This document shows positions 1-11,960 of a stretch of DNA of 64,000 bases, piece by piece (the stretch's first letter is position 1; every line of letters begins with the position of its first letter). The DNA is from Macrostomum hystrix. Taxonomy: Eukaryota > Animalia > Platyhelminthes. The stretch is from positions 6,820,001-6,884,000 of the forward strand of contig CATNEN010000034.1 in assembly GCA_950097015.1 (NCBI GenBank). Direction: 5' to 3'. The notes under the pieces are model-generated. The model made no database searches, had not been told where the DNA came from, and saw only the letters and a list, made by a program, of their open reading frames with translations. The position numbers and the translations under genes were made by a program.

Positions 1-346
1 GGGAGTGGGTGCTGCCAGACTGGGGGGAGTGGGTGCTGCCAGACTGGGGAGTGGGTTCTGCCAGACTGGGGAGTGGGTTCTGCCAGACTGGGGAGTGGGT
101 TCTGCCAGACTGGGGAGTGGGTTCTGCCAGACTGGGGAGTGGGTGCTGCCAGACTGGGGGAGTGGGTGCTGCCAGACTGGGGGGAGTGGGTGCTGCCAGA
201 CTGGGGGAGTGGGTTCTGCCAGACTGGGGGGAGTGGGTGCTGCCAGACTGGGGGGAGTGGGTGCTGCCAGACTGGGGGGAGTGGGTGCTGCCAGACTGGG
301 GGAGTGGGTGCTGCCAGACTGGGGGAGTGGGTGCTGCCAGACTGGT
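1..346. repeat. G-rich minisatellite, ~21-24 bp unit GGGAGTGGGT(G/T)CTGCCAGACT(G)n, truncated by window start
   Basis: Direct tandem repetition; the overlapping ORFs at 5..535, 9..368 and 73..387 are repeat translations. Confidence 0.95.
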
Positions 347-2504
347 GGGATTGGGTTCTGGGCTCTGAGAATGTGGGAGTGTGTTAGGAATAGTAATTCC
401 TTAAAGTACATGCAGCTGATATCAGTATTCTCTACTAGTCAAGCTAAGCTGCGAGTATTTGTCGCAAAAACCTATTCTCTTAGAGCTGAGAGCGGCGGCG
501 CAAGCGGCGGCAGTGTCAGCAGCGGCGGCCTTTGAACTGGTTTTCGCAGTTGTTTTAGAAAACAATCTTTTATATCTCCCAGTGATTTAGCATAATTAAT
601 AATAGCACTCATTTTATTAATTTATGGCAAGAATGTCCTTTTGATAGGCTTAAACTCCTTGAGGATGATAGATAACAGATCCATGAGGATGATGAAATAC
701 AATTATATTATTTTCCAATTGTCAGTGCAGTTGCATAGGTGTCTTGGCAGTTCTTCGGTCGCTGATGTTTGTTTGATTCCACTCTAAAGTAAACCTTTAA
801 TCACAATAGTTTTCATTTTCATTAGAATTTTTTTCTCATTTTATTAAACCTAAATTGAGACTGCTCAAATTCTATTTTTATTGTTCTAAGTGCATATGTA
901 TAATATGTATAACTGTGTAAAAGGCTTCACGCCAGACGCTGCTTTCTCAAAGTCACTTTTAAAGTACTTTTCGGCTTCAAAGTCTCATTTCAAACTGAAA
1001 TTAAAACGATACGTATGTAGATTTTCAAATGTTTCGCTGAAGCTATTGTACTTGTACTTTTATTGAATAGCCACAAACACTTCAATCATGCGTGTGCCTT
1101 TTAGTGTCAAGAAATGGATCGCTTGCTGTTCTTTTTTTATTTTTTTCGTTTTTACTGGCCCTTTTGGCAACTTTAATTAAATAGTTTCCTGCAGACTGCT
1201 TTCCAAATTGTTACTGTACATAGATCATAACTCAATACTCTTTTCAGAAACCTACTGCATACGTCTGTGCCTGAAAATAGTTTCTTTGCTTTTGTTTTCA
1301 TAGTATCGCAAGATTTTCTTACATTTTTTGTTTTCCCGCACATTTTGCCTCGGATTTACTGATAGTGCTAGATGCATCAGTGCCGTGTTTTTTGTCTCAT
1401 AATTCCAAAATAAAATACGAGCGTAGCTTGCAAATCATGATCACGATAATGATCTTGGGAATCTAAATTTCTACTAGACAAGGTGGGTCACATACATAAT
1501 ATAGAGATTGATAGAACTGGTTTCCAAGAATTGCAAAAGACTAAGCACCATCGACCAATAAAGTAGCTCCTCAAACTATAGCATTTCAGTAGTCTGTTAC
1601 GCTTGTCAAACTAGTAAAATGTTAAAGTAACACGAAATGCAGCATCTTCTAATTAAGCTGCTCTGACTTCTGAACATTCATTTAAATAAACAAAGGCAAC
1701 GTATGCACTTCAGAGCTGATGCTTGTTCGCTTTTTTCAAGTGCGCAAATTACCATAAATAGTGTGGTATAGCAAACACTCTAAACGAGTAAGCACTAGTA
1801 TGATCTTTTAGTTACATGGGCAGTCTCAATTTATTTACACTTTATGGCTCCAGTCAGATAATTTTCATCATATCGAAGTTTTTTCAGAAACAAAATACTC
1901 GTATTACTGAAGCATGGATGGCGACTGTTTACATTTATCCACTAAGTACACAAACCCAATCAAATATGTTCTAAGAGCTAACATATGATTTTTGACCAAT
2001 GCAAAATTATAATTTAACATAGGCATTGAAAAGCACCACCAAGTGGAGAATCTTGACTTTTTAGAAACAGAGATGTAAAAAAATTATTTGCTGAGTAATT
2101 ATTATTAGTGTTAGGCATTATTTTAGATTTCTTCTCTACTGAGAAGTTTGAACTTTTGAGTGGCAAACAATATATTTAAAAACGAATTCAGTTAGCTAAC
2201 TGAGTTTTTATTTTTTTTCTGTAAACTGAGCCATGGAACAATCTGGTTGCTTACATACATTGCTACATTGTCATCCTAAATTGATTCAACAATTTTTGCT
2301 GAGTAATGACAGTAGGCCTAGCTAAGAAAATATTTTATATTTGTCAAAAAGATGTTAACTTCTATATAAAAAAGTAGTTCATGAAAAATCTTAATATTGA
2401 AAGAAGTATGCATAATGTCTTAAACTTTTATGCTTTAGCATGATAGGTTTAAATAAATTCAATTCAACAACAATTATACAGCACAAAAGAGTTCACCCAA
2501 TCAT

Positions 2505-3215
2505 TCAAGTTGAATAATTGGCCTGCATTGTTATGGGGCCTTGAAATGTGACATTCTTACAAAATGCCAATCCATGAACCATCTTGCTGTTAAGGTGATG
2601 AGCTGTTTGGCAAACTAAAAGAAATGTTTGACGCTTTACTTTTTTAAACATGAAATGAGACATATAGACAAATATCCATGGATATCAATGCACATTGACT
2701 TACTCAAAGGGATTTGTTGTTGAAACTTTTGTAGTGCACTTTGAAATGCTATGATGAAGGCCAAAAAGTTATAGATTACAAAGACGAATAATATCAATGC
2801 CAGCGTGAAGACAATACACAAGGTAACTTGAATTCGCGGACTGCTGCAATAGGAAGCAATTAAAAAATATGACAGTGACCATCTAGAAAAACTACAACAC
2901 ACAATTCAAATATTTTCCTTAAAAAAGACGCTACTGAACACAGAATCTAAAAGTTAGACAAATAGTCCAAGCCAAATCAAACTCCATGACGCAATTAATA
3001 ATTACAGTTTTTATCATATTTCATACAACTTACAATGTTGTGAAGCCCTGTTTCCTCTTCTTTGGTCCATTCAAAAAAACGTCCGATGAATCGCTGTCAC
3101 GATCTTCATCATCTTCATCGACGATAACATAATTGTAATTAGTTTCAGGCTTTCCTGCATCTTTTTTTCTTTCGTAAGCCATTCGATTAAGTCTATTATG
3201 AAGCACAAGTGACAT
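2505..3215 (-). CDS. Putative small type II membrane protein of unknown family; spliced, 3' end uncertain
   Basis: Exons 3215-3034 (donor GTAAGT), 2843-2704 (acceptor TTGCAG, donor GTAAGT) and 2614-2505 (acceptor TTTCTTTTAG) join in compatible phases. Product: acidic N-terminus (DEDDEDRDSDSSDVFL), basic KKRK, then hydrophobic VTLCIVFTLALILFVFVIYNFLAFIIAF. An alternative donor at 2560 could continue the gene further. Confidence 0.45.
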
Positions 3216-3771
3216 GCCAAATTTAAACCTTCAATAAGGGAAACATTGAGCACGCGCGGTGGTCAAGGTAGAAAAAAATATATCAAAAGTTGAAGTTGAA
3301 GTCTAATGTTTTTAATAGTGCAAAACGTTTAACAAAACATGTAGTAAGTTTATAAAATTAGCGAGAAAAATATATAAAATAATAGTTTTGCAGAGTGGAT
3401 GCAAAAGCATTACTAGAACTCTATAGTATACTTTGTGTTGGAAGCATTGACGCGACAAATTTTAAATTATACTTTTTATTTCCATGATTAAACATCTTTA
3501 AAAAATGAAATCATGTCATAGAAACTCATATCTTCCTTTCTGCCTTATCAGTTGTTCAAAAACCGATAAGAAAACATTAGTGAGTCTACTGAAATACCGT
3601 GCTTAAATATAGGATTTCTTACAAAAAATCTAGAGCCACTATTATTCTCGGGAACAGAAGGGTCAATCTTTCCGCGTCGTAGCCTAGCAGCAGTTATTAT
3701 TATTTTTTGCATTATAGGCGCTGCTTTAAATTCTATAGCTGACTGGATTTAGCATACATTTAATTGAGAAT

Positions 3772-6700
3772 ATGCCTTTATTTGGAAAGAAAAAGAAAGA
3801 TATTTCCCAGTCGGAGAGTCCAACTCATCATCATTCTCCAACAAAGTCTCAAAACCACAATAATAGCAACCATGATCATGAATATCATGGACAGCAGCCA
3901 ACTCACAATAGAGCCCAAGACGAATGCTATGATGCTCCTCGTCCAAAGTATAATTTTCATTGCCAACTGGCCCATGGAAGTCCAACTGGAATTATTAGTG
4001 GTTTTACAAATGTGAAAGAGCTATATGCTAAAATAGCAGAGTGCTACAACATTGAACCACAAGAAGTAAGTTACTATAATATTGTTTAGTACATTTATCA
4101 TTTATAAATATGTATAGGCAAGCTACATATTCCTTGCAAATTAAGTTTTAAAACTTTTTTATCTTTTAATATCTAGCTGGGTTTTGTTTAGTTTAGTAAT
4201 ATTTTAATACAAAAATAGGTTATTCTGTAATTTTCTGCTTTTTTGCTTCTGTTGCATACTTGAAGCAGATGAACATACCCATTTAATAGCTTATAATATT
4301 GTCTTTGAAAATTGAATGACTCAAAGTGTCATTACACAATATCCTAACTGATTTATTCTTTGCTTCTAGAGCAACTGTTTTTAGTAAAAGTGAGTGGTAG
4401 TTTTACATATTTATGGTATATTTACAGTAAAAACAAAATTTTCATTGCTTTACTTTTTTTTAATTGTTAAGGAGTATGCACAAAAACCTTTTATAATTTA
4501 AATGCATGCATACTTTTTAATTGTAACAGGGCTTATCACTCTATCTTTCTCCCTATTGGTAGCCTATCACTCAGGTCGATCTTATTCTCTCTTCCGTCAT
4601 TAGTTCTGCATGCATTTCCCCCATGCTTTTTAAATTGGAGGCCCTGAAAAGGGCCGTTTTCACGTTTAATACTCCGCGATTCTTATCTCCGCGGGCTTAA
4701 CGCTCTAATAGTAGCGACTCTTATGGCCCAAGCGGTCTCCTTCTAAGGCTTTCAACGATATCTCAGTCTTCAGGGCTCTCCTGGACTGGAGGGCCACAAC
4801 CTCAATCTCGAACAGAGAAAAGAACTAACACGTTGGAACACCTTCGCAGGATCAATTTACTATTTTAGCACAACAGTATAATTGAGCTCAGGCTTGTATG
4901 CCGCACTGGCAAGGTGTCTTGTTGCACAGAAATTGCAACCACTTATATACACAGAATATATTTTGCTAGAACGAGTAAATTTCACAGAATATTCTTAATA
5001 TTTTACATATGCACAATATTTGACAGTTAATCATTCAAACAAAAATATTAGTTTTGATTTAATTTACAGAAAAAGCATCCCTACTATATAATTAAGTAAG
5101 TTTCAGTTTACTAAGTTTAGATAATATACTATTGAAGGCATTTATTTCTATAGTAATTCCTATACCAGTAACAATATTCTGTTCTAACATCTTTATCTAT
5201 AACAAAAACTGATCGGATGGCAGATTGTTTCACAAATTTGATTTGAATGAATTGATTTCTTGTAATGGAAAATCAAAGTACAATTTTCCACTAAATAAAC
5301 CTGCAAGTAATTCTGTTTGATTATTTTTACTCGTTTCTAAATAACGCAGATAATCTTCTGTACGCTCAACACGCACAAGATTGAAATGGATCACCTGCTA
5401 GGCGGTCAGATTGGCCTCGACGACTTTCTCTTCGCCCACATTAAAGGCCAGAAAAAGGAGATCGAAGTAGAGAAATCCGAGGACGCACTGGGCCTGACCA
5501 TCACTGACAATGGCGCCGGCTATGCCTTCATTAAGCGCATCAAGCCAGGCTCCATTATCGATAGGATTGAGCACATTCAGCCAGGAGATCACATTGAGAA
5601 GATTGATGGCGAGAATTTTGTTGGTCAGTGCCTACCTACTGCTTTGGGCCTTTGCACTTTACTCCTAAAAACTCCTTGACCACAGGACCTTCAGTAATTC
5701 TATTCTATGAGCTACTGTTAGAAATATAAATTCATGTCGTATTTTATTAGGTGTCTGTGTACATGGGTCAACACTTTAGCATACTTTAACCTAAATAAAT
5801 TTGTCAACATTGCTTTAGGCAAGCGCCACTTTGATGTGGCCAAACGACTGAAAGAAATTCCTAAAGGCAGCTCATTTGTTCTGCGCCTAGTAACACCGGA
5901 GAAGTCACCGTACGCCAATCTGAATCCAAGGTCCGGCTCGAGGGGTCACACGGGTGGCGGCGGCGGCCTTGGCAGCGGCAAGAAGACCATTCGGTTGAAG
6001 GCGCGTGGCGGGGGCGGCGGCGCTAGCGAGGAAGATGTTCGTGCAGTTTTATATTATAAGTTTTTGTTTACACAAATCTGGCTTCAAGGTTAACATCACA
6101 TGGTTCTTAAGGACTATGTATTTTGCAACAGAACCCTCAAGTCCATAGGATTAAGTACTTAAGGGTTTGAGATCACATGGTTCTGAAAGACTATGGGTTT
6201 GAGATCACATGGTTCTGAAAGACTATGGGTTTGAGATCACATGGTTCTGAAAGACTATGAGTTTGAGTTCACATGGTTCTGAAAGGCTATGAGTTTGAGA
6301 TCACATGGTTGTGAAAGGCTATGGGTTTGAGATCACATGGTTCTGAAAGGCTATGAGTTTGAGATCACATGGTTGTGAAAGGCTATGGGTTTGAGATCCC
6401 ATGGTTGTGAAAGACTATGAGTTTGAGATCACATGGTTGTGAAAGGCTATGGGTTTGAGATCACATGGTTCTGAAAGGCTATGGGTTTGAGATCACATGG
6501 TTCTGAAAGGCTATGAGTTTGAGATCACATGGTTGTGAAAGGCTATGGGTTTGAGATCCCATGGTTGTGAAAGACTATGAGTTTAAGATCACATGGTTGT
6601 GAAAGGCTATGGGTTTGAGATCACATGTTTCTGAAAGACTTAGGGTTTGAAACTATGTATCTCACATCTGTGCGTTATTATAGGCACCGGACCAAGCGGC

Positions 6701-7007
6701 GGCCGCGGCCATCGAGGCCATCAATCGGCTGATCGAAGGCCTGCTGGGCATCTCGGACGCCGAGCTGGCGCAGAGCATCTGGGAGATCGGCCAGGCTGCC
6801 AGCAATCCGCACGAATTCGCTCTGACGGTGGATCGCGATCTGGGCGAATTCGCTTTCCCAGACGGCCTCGTGTTCGACTTCTGGGGCGCCGTGTCTGACG
6901 CCAAGGCGGGCCGCATCAGACCGGGCAGCGGCGCCTCCGGAGAATCGCACAACGATCAGCCTGCCGAGGACGAAGAGGGAGCGGTTGAGTTCACAGAGGA
7001 GTTCTGA
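3772..7007 (+). CDS. GIPC: PDZ domain-containing protein GIPC (GIPC1/kermit family), 4 exons, 369 aa
   Basis: Exons 3772-4065, 5350-5623, 5819-6036 and 6684-7007 with GT-AG and consistent phases. GIPC signatures: [76 protein letters not shown]. Confidence 0.95.
6166..6650. repeat. 32-bp minisatellite (GAGATCACATGGTTCTGAAAGACTATGGGTTT) filling GIPC intron 3
   Basis: About 15 tandem copies, period 32. Confidence 0.95.
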
Positions 7008-7173
7008 GTGTACTCTGGCAAGATTATATAGTTGATGATAGTTGGTTGGCTATTCTGTGGTTCGTAGTTTTCATATATTTAAATTAAAGTGACGAGAATT
7101 TTGGACCATCGAGTTGTATGTTCGTTTATTTTAGTAACCTAAAAGTCAGTGGTGATTCTATAAATTAGTCCAT

Positions 7174-8231
7174 TCGATCGATAAAGTCGATTCGATCGAT
7201 AATGATAAAGTCGATTCGATGGAATTCGATTTGTTGTACCTGTGGTAGCGTGGCACACACAATTGGCAAATAACCAAGACAGGACACTGGATTCAGAGAG
7301 GAGATTTTGCCGTCCTCATACGCAGATGCTTCCTAGCAGAGGAACAATCCGGTAGTCAGGCTCCGAATTGCTAAGCTTTCCCTCAGCTAACTATTCTCAC
7401 AGATCTTACTCTTGATCGGGCGGCACACTATGCTTCTAAATGCAGTATGCGGCCTAGACCAACAAAAGCTTTGTAGGATCTTAGAGTCTTTTGCCAAACG
7501 AGAACGTAAACGAAATCGCAGACGAAAACGCATGAAGACTGGAGACAAGAAAGTGCCATCAATATACAGAAATAGTGCTACCATGATAACAACACCATCT
7601 CAAGGATTCGTCGGACTGTGCTCTACTTATAGTAGGAGCATTTGAGCGTTGTTCTGCCAGTCTTCTTCCGAACTTAAGCGATTGCACCATGGTGTGCAAT
7701 GTGACTCAGTGCGCAGACAGAGCTGGAAAGAGAAAGAGCAAGCGGAGGGGGTGGCGAGCGGAGGTGACAGTGCACGGGAAACACTAACTACCAACCCTAG
7801 CCCACCCACAGACCTAGAACAGCCTGACTCACAGATTGCCTGGAGGCTGCTCAGCAGTCTACAGCACATCAGATTCGATCGATAATGATAAAGTCGATTC
7901 GATTGATAAAGTCGATTCGATCGATAAAGTCGTTTCGATCGATAAAGTCGATTCGATCGATAAATTCGATTCGATCGATAATGAAAAAGTCGATTCGATC
8001 GATAAAGTCGATTCGATCGATAAAGTCGATTCGATCGATAAAGTCGATTCGATCGATAAAGTCGATTCGATCGATAAATTCGATTCGATCGATAAAGTCG
8101 ATTCGATCGATAATGATAAAGTCGATTCGATCGATAATGATAATGTCGATTCGATCGATAAATTCGATTCGATCGATAAATTCGATTCGATCGATAAATT
8201 CGATTCGATCGATAAATTCGATTCGATCGAT
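7174..8231. repeat. 18-bp palindrome-rich satellite (GATTCGATCGATAAAGTC), interrupted by a 640-bp insert
   Basis: Units at ~7174-7220 and 7872-8231; ORFs 7836..8306 and 7885..8355 are repeat translations. Confidence 0.9.
7232..7871. mobile_element. Probable solo LTR inserted in the 18-bp satellite
   Basis: Unique 640-bp insert beginning TGTTG and ending CATCA (TG..CA), flanked by GATT on both sides (7228-7231 and 7872-7875); no coding capacity recognised. Confidence 0.5.
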
Positions 8232-9984
8232 ACGTTATCGGGGTCTAAGTATGATGGCTTGCTTTATCTCCAAATTCAACAAAAAGGTCTTGCCATTATA
8301 TGCTAATAAAATGTTGCGATTCGGTTGTGGTTGTGTGTGTCAATTTACACTTTGAGCATAAAATTTGATTGTATCCTCCTATCAACATGATTATAGTTTG
8401 TTAGTTGACTTTTCACAAATTTTTCTCCTTTACAAAAGTGCTTCTGTAGTACTTTTTGTAATCTCATTTGTCCGTTTTTATTAAGTCACGAGTGACAAAG
8501 CCAGTTTTTTTTCTTGTTTTTTATTCCGGCAATAATTTTTTCTTCCAGTCGTTTTTTGTTCCAGCTAATCTTTTCAGTTGTAGCTTTAGTTTCTTTCTTA
8601 ATTATATTATGCTCATACTTTAGGTCCTTTTTTATAGATATTCGTAGATTGGGAGTCGTCAACTTCCCCTAGTTGTAGGGAACAATTCCTGCGCTTTTGC
8701 GCACGTACGCTTACATGCATTCCTTTGTTTTTACTTGCGCCAAAGTGTCATTTTTTATAACTATTAGCTTCACCTGTGCACCAAGTGCTATTTTATGCAG
8801 GCATATTATTTGCGCACCGATTTTAACAAATCCAGTTTTGCACTGGCTGTCGGCTGCTTTACTTGACTTACTAATTTAACTAGGCGCGCTTAATCTTTCA
8901 GATGAAAAATACACACTTTTTAATTGCTTTATTTGCCAAATAATAATCTATTCTAAAAGTATATTTATAGGAAACGGTGCCCTCCTCATTGTTTTTATGC
9001 TCCAATCACCAGTTTTTTGTGGCTTTTTACTTACTTTTCTCATTGGTATTTTTCTCGTCAATTTTTTACTTTTGTCATTTTACAAGCAAAATAGTCTACT
9101 TATACAAGTAGGAAGTTGTTGTATGTATATGTGATTTCAACTTTTCTCCAAAAAGATAAATTCTGCGAAGTTTACAGCTCATTTTTTAAAATAAATTTTT
9201 AATGTTTTTTTCAGAAGTTCAAACATAATCACTGCGGTACACTCAGTCTAATATATTGTTTTAACCCATAGTATACATATTCTTAACTGTAGTACAAACG
9301 ATTATTTTTGTCTCTTAAATATGGTAAAATAATTTTTTTTCAACTTTTTACTGAGTAGAATCTTTGTCGTTGCAAAATGAACTCATTATTTATCTGTTTA
9401 AGAATATACACGACCTTAAACATATGTAATTAAGTCACCTTTTAAATTCAAACGACAAGCATGGATAAAAATTTAATAATTATTGACTGAATTAATTTAG
9501 CTACTTCGTATTAAACGCCTAACTTATGCTATGTAACAAGCGAGTTTTTATAGAAGTTTGCGATGTAGGATAATAGAAGACTTAATTATCGGTTTTTTAT
9601 ATCACTTGCTGTTTTTTTTACGAACAATAGTGCTTGGGAGTATTCTCGAGCAAATAAGCGACTCTAGCCTAAGACCGTTGAATTCTCGTTGCATTCAATA
9701 AATTAGATTTACAATGAATTAAGGTCCATTGCCGTCGCCTTCTGGTGGCGCACCTGAGCAGTCTGGACCACAGAGTATTACATTATATTCTGCGGTCTAG
9801 ACTCACGGCCTCGCGTAGACCCGAACAGGAGAAGTGCAGCAACCACGACCGGATCCACCCCCGTTAGTCGGTCAGAGTCGATGGCGGCGATGATGTTGAG
9901 GACGGTGGTGATGATGATAATGGCGGCGAATTTGGGTGCTTCCTAAGCACGATAAAGTCGATAAAGTGCTTCCATCGGCCCGAA

Positions 9985-11960
9985 CGATCATCTGGAAAGA
10001 TGAGACCGCAAATAGGTGGCAGCGGCGTCTTTGTCGAGCCCGATACCGAGCTGTGCTTCGCTGCCGACCTCCAGCTTCCACGTGGAGCGCATGGCGATCG
10101 CTAAGGCCCTGCGCTGGGTGCTCTTGGCCCCACCCCTGCTGCACTCTCCCCGGTCCGGATCTACACGGACTCACTTAGCGCACTGGCAGCACTCGAGTCC
10201 GGCACTGGATCCTCTGGTGTCACCCACTTGACTTACTTGACTTAGCTGCAGGGGGCATCTTCCGGATGCAGCGGGGAGGCGTTGCCGCCCATTCCGCTAG
10301 CCCCTGGCGACCACGGGCAACTAAAGCTGCGGTGTCGCGCAGGGGGATCCGGTGGTGCCGGCGTCCGCAGCGCGGTCCTCCTCCGGAGAGTCCAGGAGGT
10401 GGAGGGTTGCTCGCCCGGTGGCCCTCAGGTATCGGACGAGCTGGCAGATGTTCTCAGGCCTGAAAACGTCGGGAGATCCGGGTTTGGGCCGAGATAGGTG
10501 AGCTGGTCCTGAGTGAAGGCGGGGCAGTCGCAAATAAAATGCTCTGCATCCTCAACATAGGAGAGGCAGAATTGGGGCATTGCCTTGCGGATTTTGCCTT
10601 GCAGGAAGCGGTGCCTGGCGAAACAGCCATGGCCAGAGAGGGCCATGGTAACTGCCCTGATGTCCTTGCGGTTCAGGCCAAGCAAGGCTTTGCGAAGGGC
10701 AGTGGAGGGACAAGGGACAGCAGCGCGAGACTGCCGACAATCGGCGGTATTGATGCATCTGTCCTTGTGCTTTGAGGTCACCCACTGGTTAATCCGAGTG
10801 TTGACGACGGCGGTAGGGGTGGAGACCGCAGGCACGGGGCCAAAAAGCGAACCCGTCGAACCGGCCTTATGGAGGCTGTCGGCCAATTCGTTACCAGGGT
10901 GGCCAGAGGGCCCTGGAATCCACCTTAGGGACACCTTGTTTTGGGTCTCTAAGCGGTTGAGTTGCGCGACGCAGTCGAGGACTGTGCGCGAGCAGGTGTG
11001 CGTGCGTCCAAGGGCATGGATCGCCGCCTGGCTGTCCGAATGGAGGAAGATTTCTGCTCCGTGGACGTTTTGGTTGATCAGCTCCAGGGCGCAGGAGCTG
11101 ATGGCGAGAACTTCGTTCTGGAAAACGGTAGAGTTTATGCCGGTGTGCTGGGAGAAGGTCGCCACAGTTTTCCCTCCGGACATAATGCAGTAGCCGAAAC
11201 CAGAGACCGAGTTGATTTGCGATCCGTCGGTGAAGCAGTGAATTTCACGGGGTTGGCCGTGGTCACGTACTTCCTGGCGAGGCGGAATGCTGGTTTTGAA
11301 TTTTTGCGGTGGGCACAGCGTCGACGGGATTCCGTCGGAGAGAATTTTGAGACCTCCTGCTCCGTCCAGGTCCCGTAGGCTGAGGTCGCCATGGGGCTGG
11401 AGGTTCCGCTTGCTGAAGGCAAGTTGCTTCCGGATGGAGATGCCCGCGTCCAGAAGACGACGAGCCGTCTTCATCGCCTCCCCCTTGATAAAAATATCTA
11501 AAGGGGGAAGGTCCATGGTGTCACCCACGGTCGACAACGTCTGGGCCAGCCTCGACGCACTATAGCTGCAGCAGGAATTAATTTATCTGCAATGGATCCC
11601 GGGCATTCTCGGCCAACAACACAGCTGTCGCGATGGCGCAAGACAACAAGCTCATTTCGTTTTCCGCCTCGCAGGCCGCCATCCATCGCCACTGCCTAGA
11701 TCGCGGTCATGAAACCTACGGCGCCACTGCCACCGGTGCACCAGCCACGAGTTGCCTGCACTGCTGATCACCTCGCACATAAGCCAGCGTAATACCTCTC
11801 GCGACGGCAATAGAGGCTTATCTGTCAGCTGCGCGCCAACCGCTGCCCTGCGTTGCGGGGCTTTCAGGCCACCATCGGTCTCCAGGTGGCGCCAACCTGC
11901 CGTTTCAGTGGCGAGGGCGTTACCCGAGCAGCTAGTTTCCGCCATGATGGCGATTAACCA
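9985..11960 (+). mobile_element. Old, degenerate RNase H-bearing non-LTR retrotransposon fragment (host), split by a nested insertion
   Basis: + strand motifs SFHVERMAIAKAL and IYTDSLSALAALES before 10227 continue after 11516 as [20 protein letters not shown] and IGLQVAPTCRFSGE; frameshifts and stops present. Confidence 0.7.
10228..11515 (-). mobile_element. 5'-truncated non-LTR retrotransposon (I/R1/Loa-like group) with RNase H and a C-terminal Cys-His motif
   Basis: ORF with [40 protein letters not shown] and [13 protein letters not shown]. 3' tail AAGTCAAGTAAGTCAA. 13-bp TSD TGGTGTCACCCAC at 10215-10227 and 11516-11528. Confidence 0.9.

Noticed and set aside
5-535. Long ORFs at the window start
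   Set aside because: Translations of the G-rich tandem repeat in several frames; no domain
4656-4920. Histone gene upstream of the stem-loop
   Set aside because: None of the minus-strand frames I translated resembles H1, H2A, H2B, H3 or H4
7836-8355. SIDKVD/SIRSIK repeat ORFs
   Set aside because: 18-bp satellite translations
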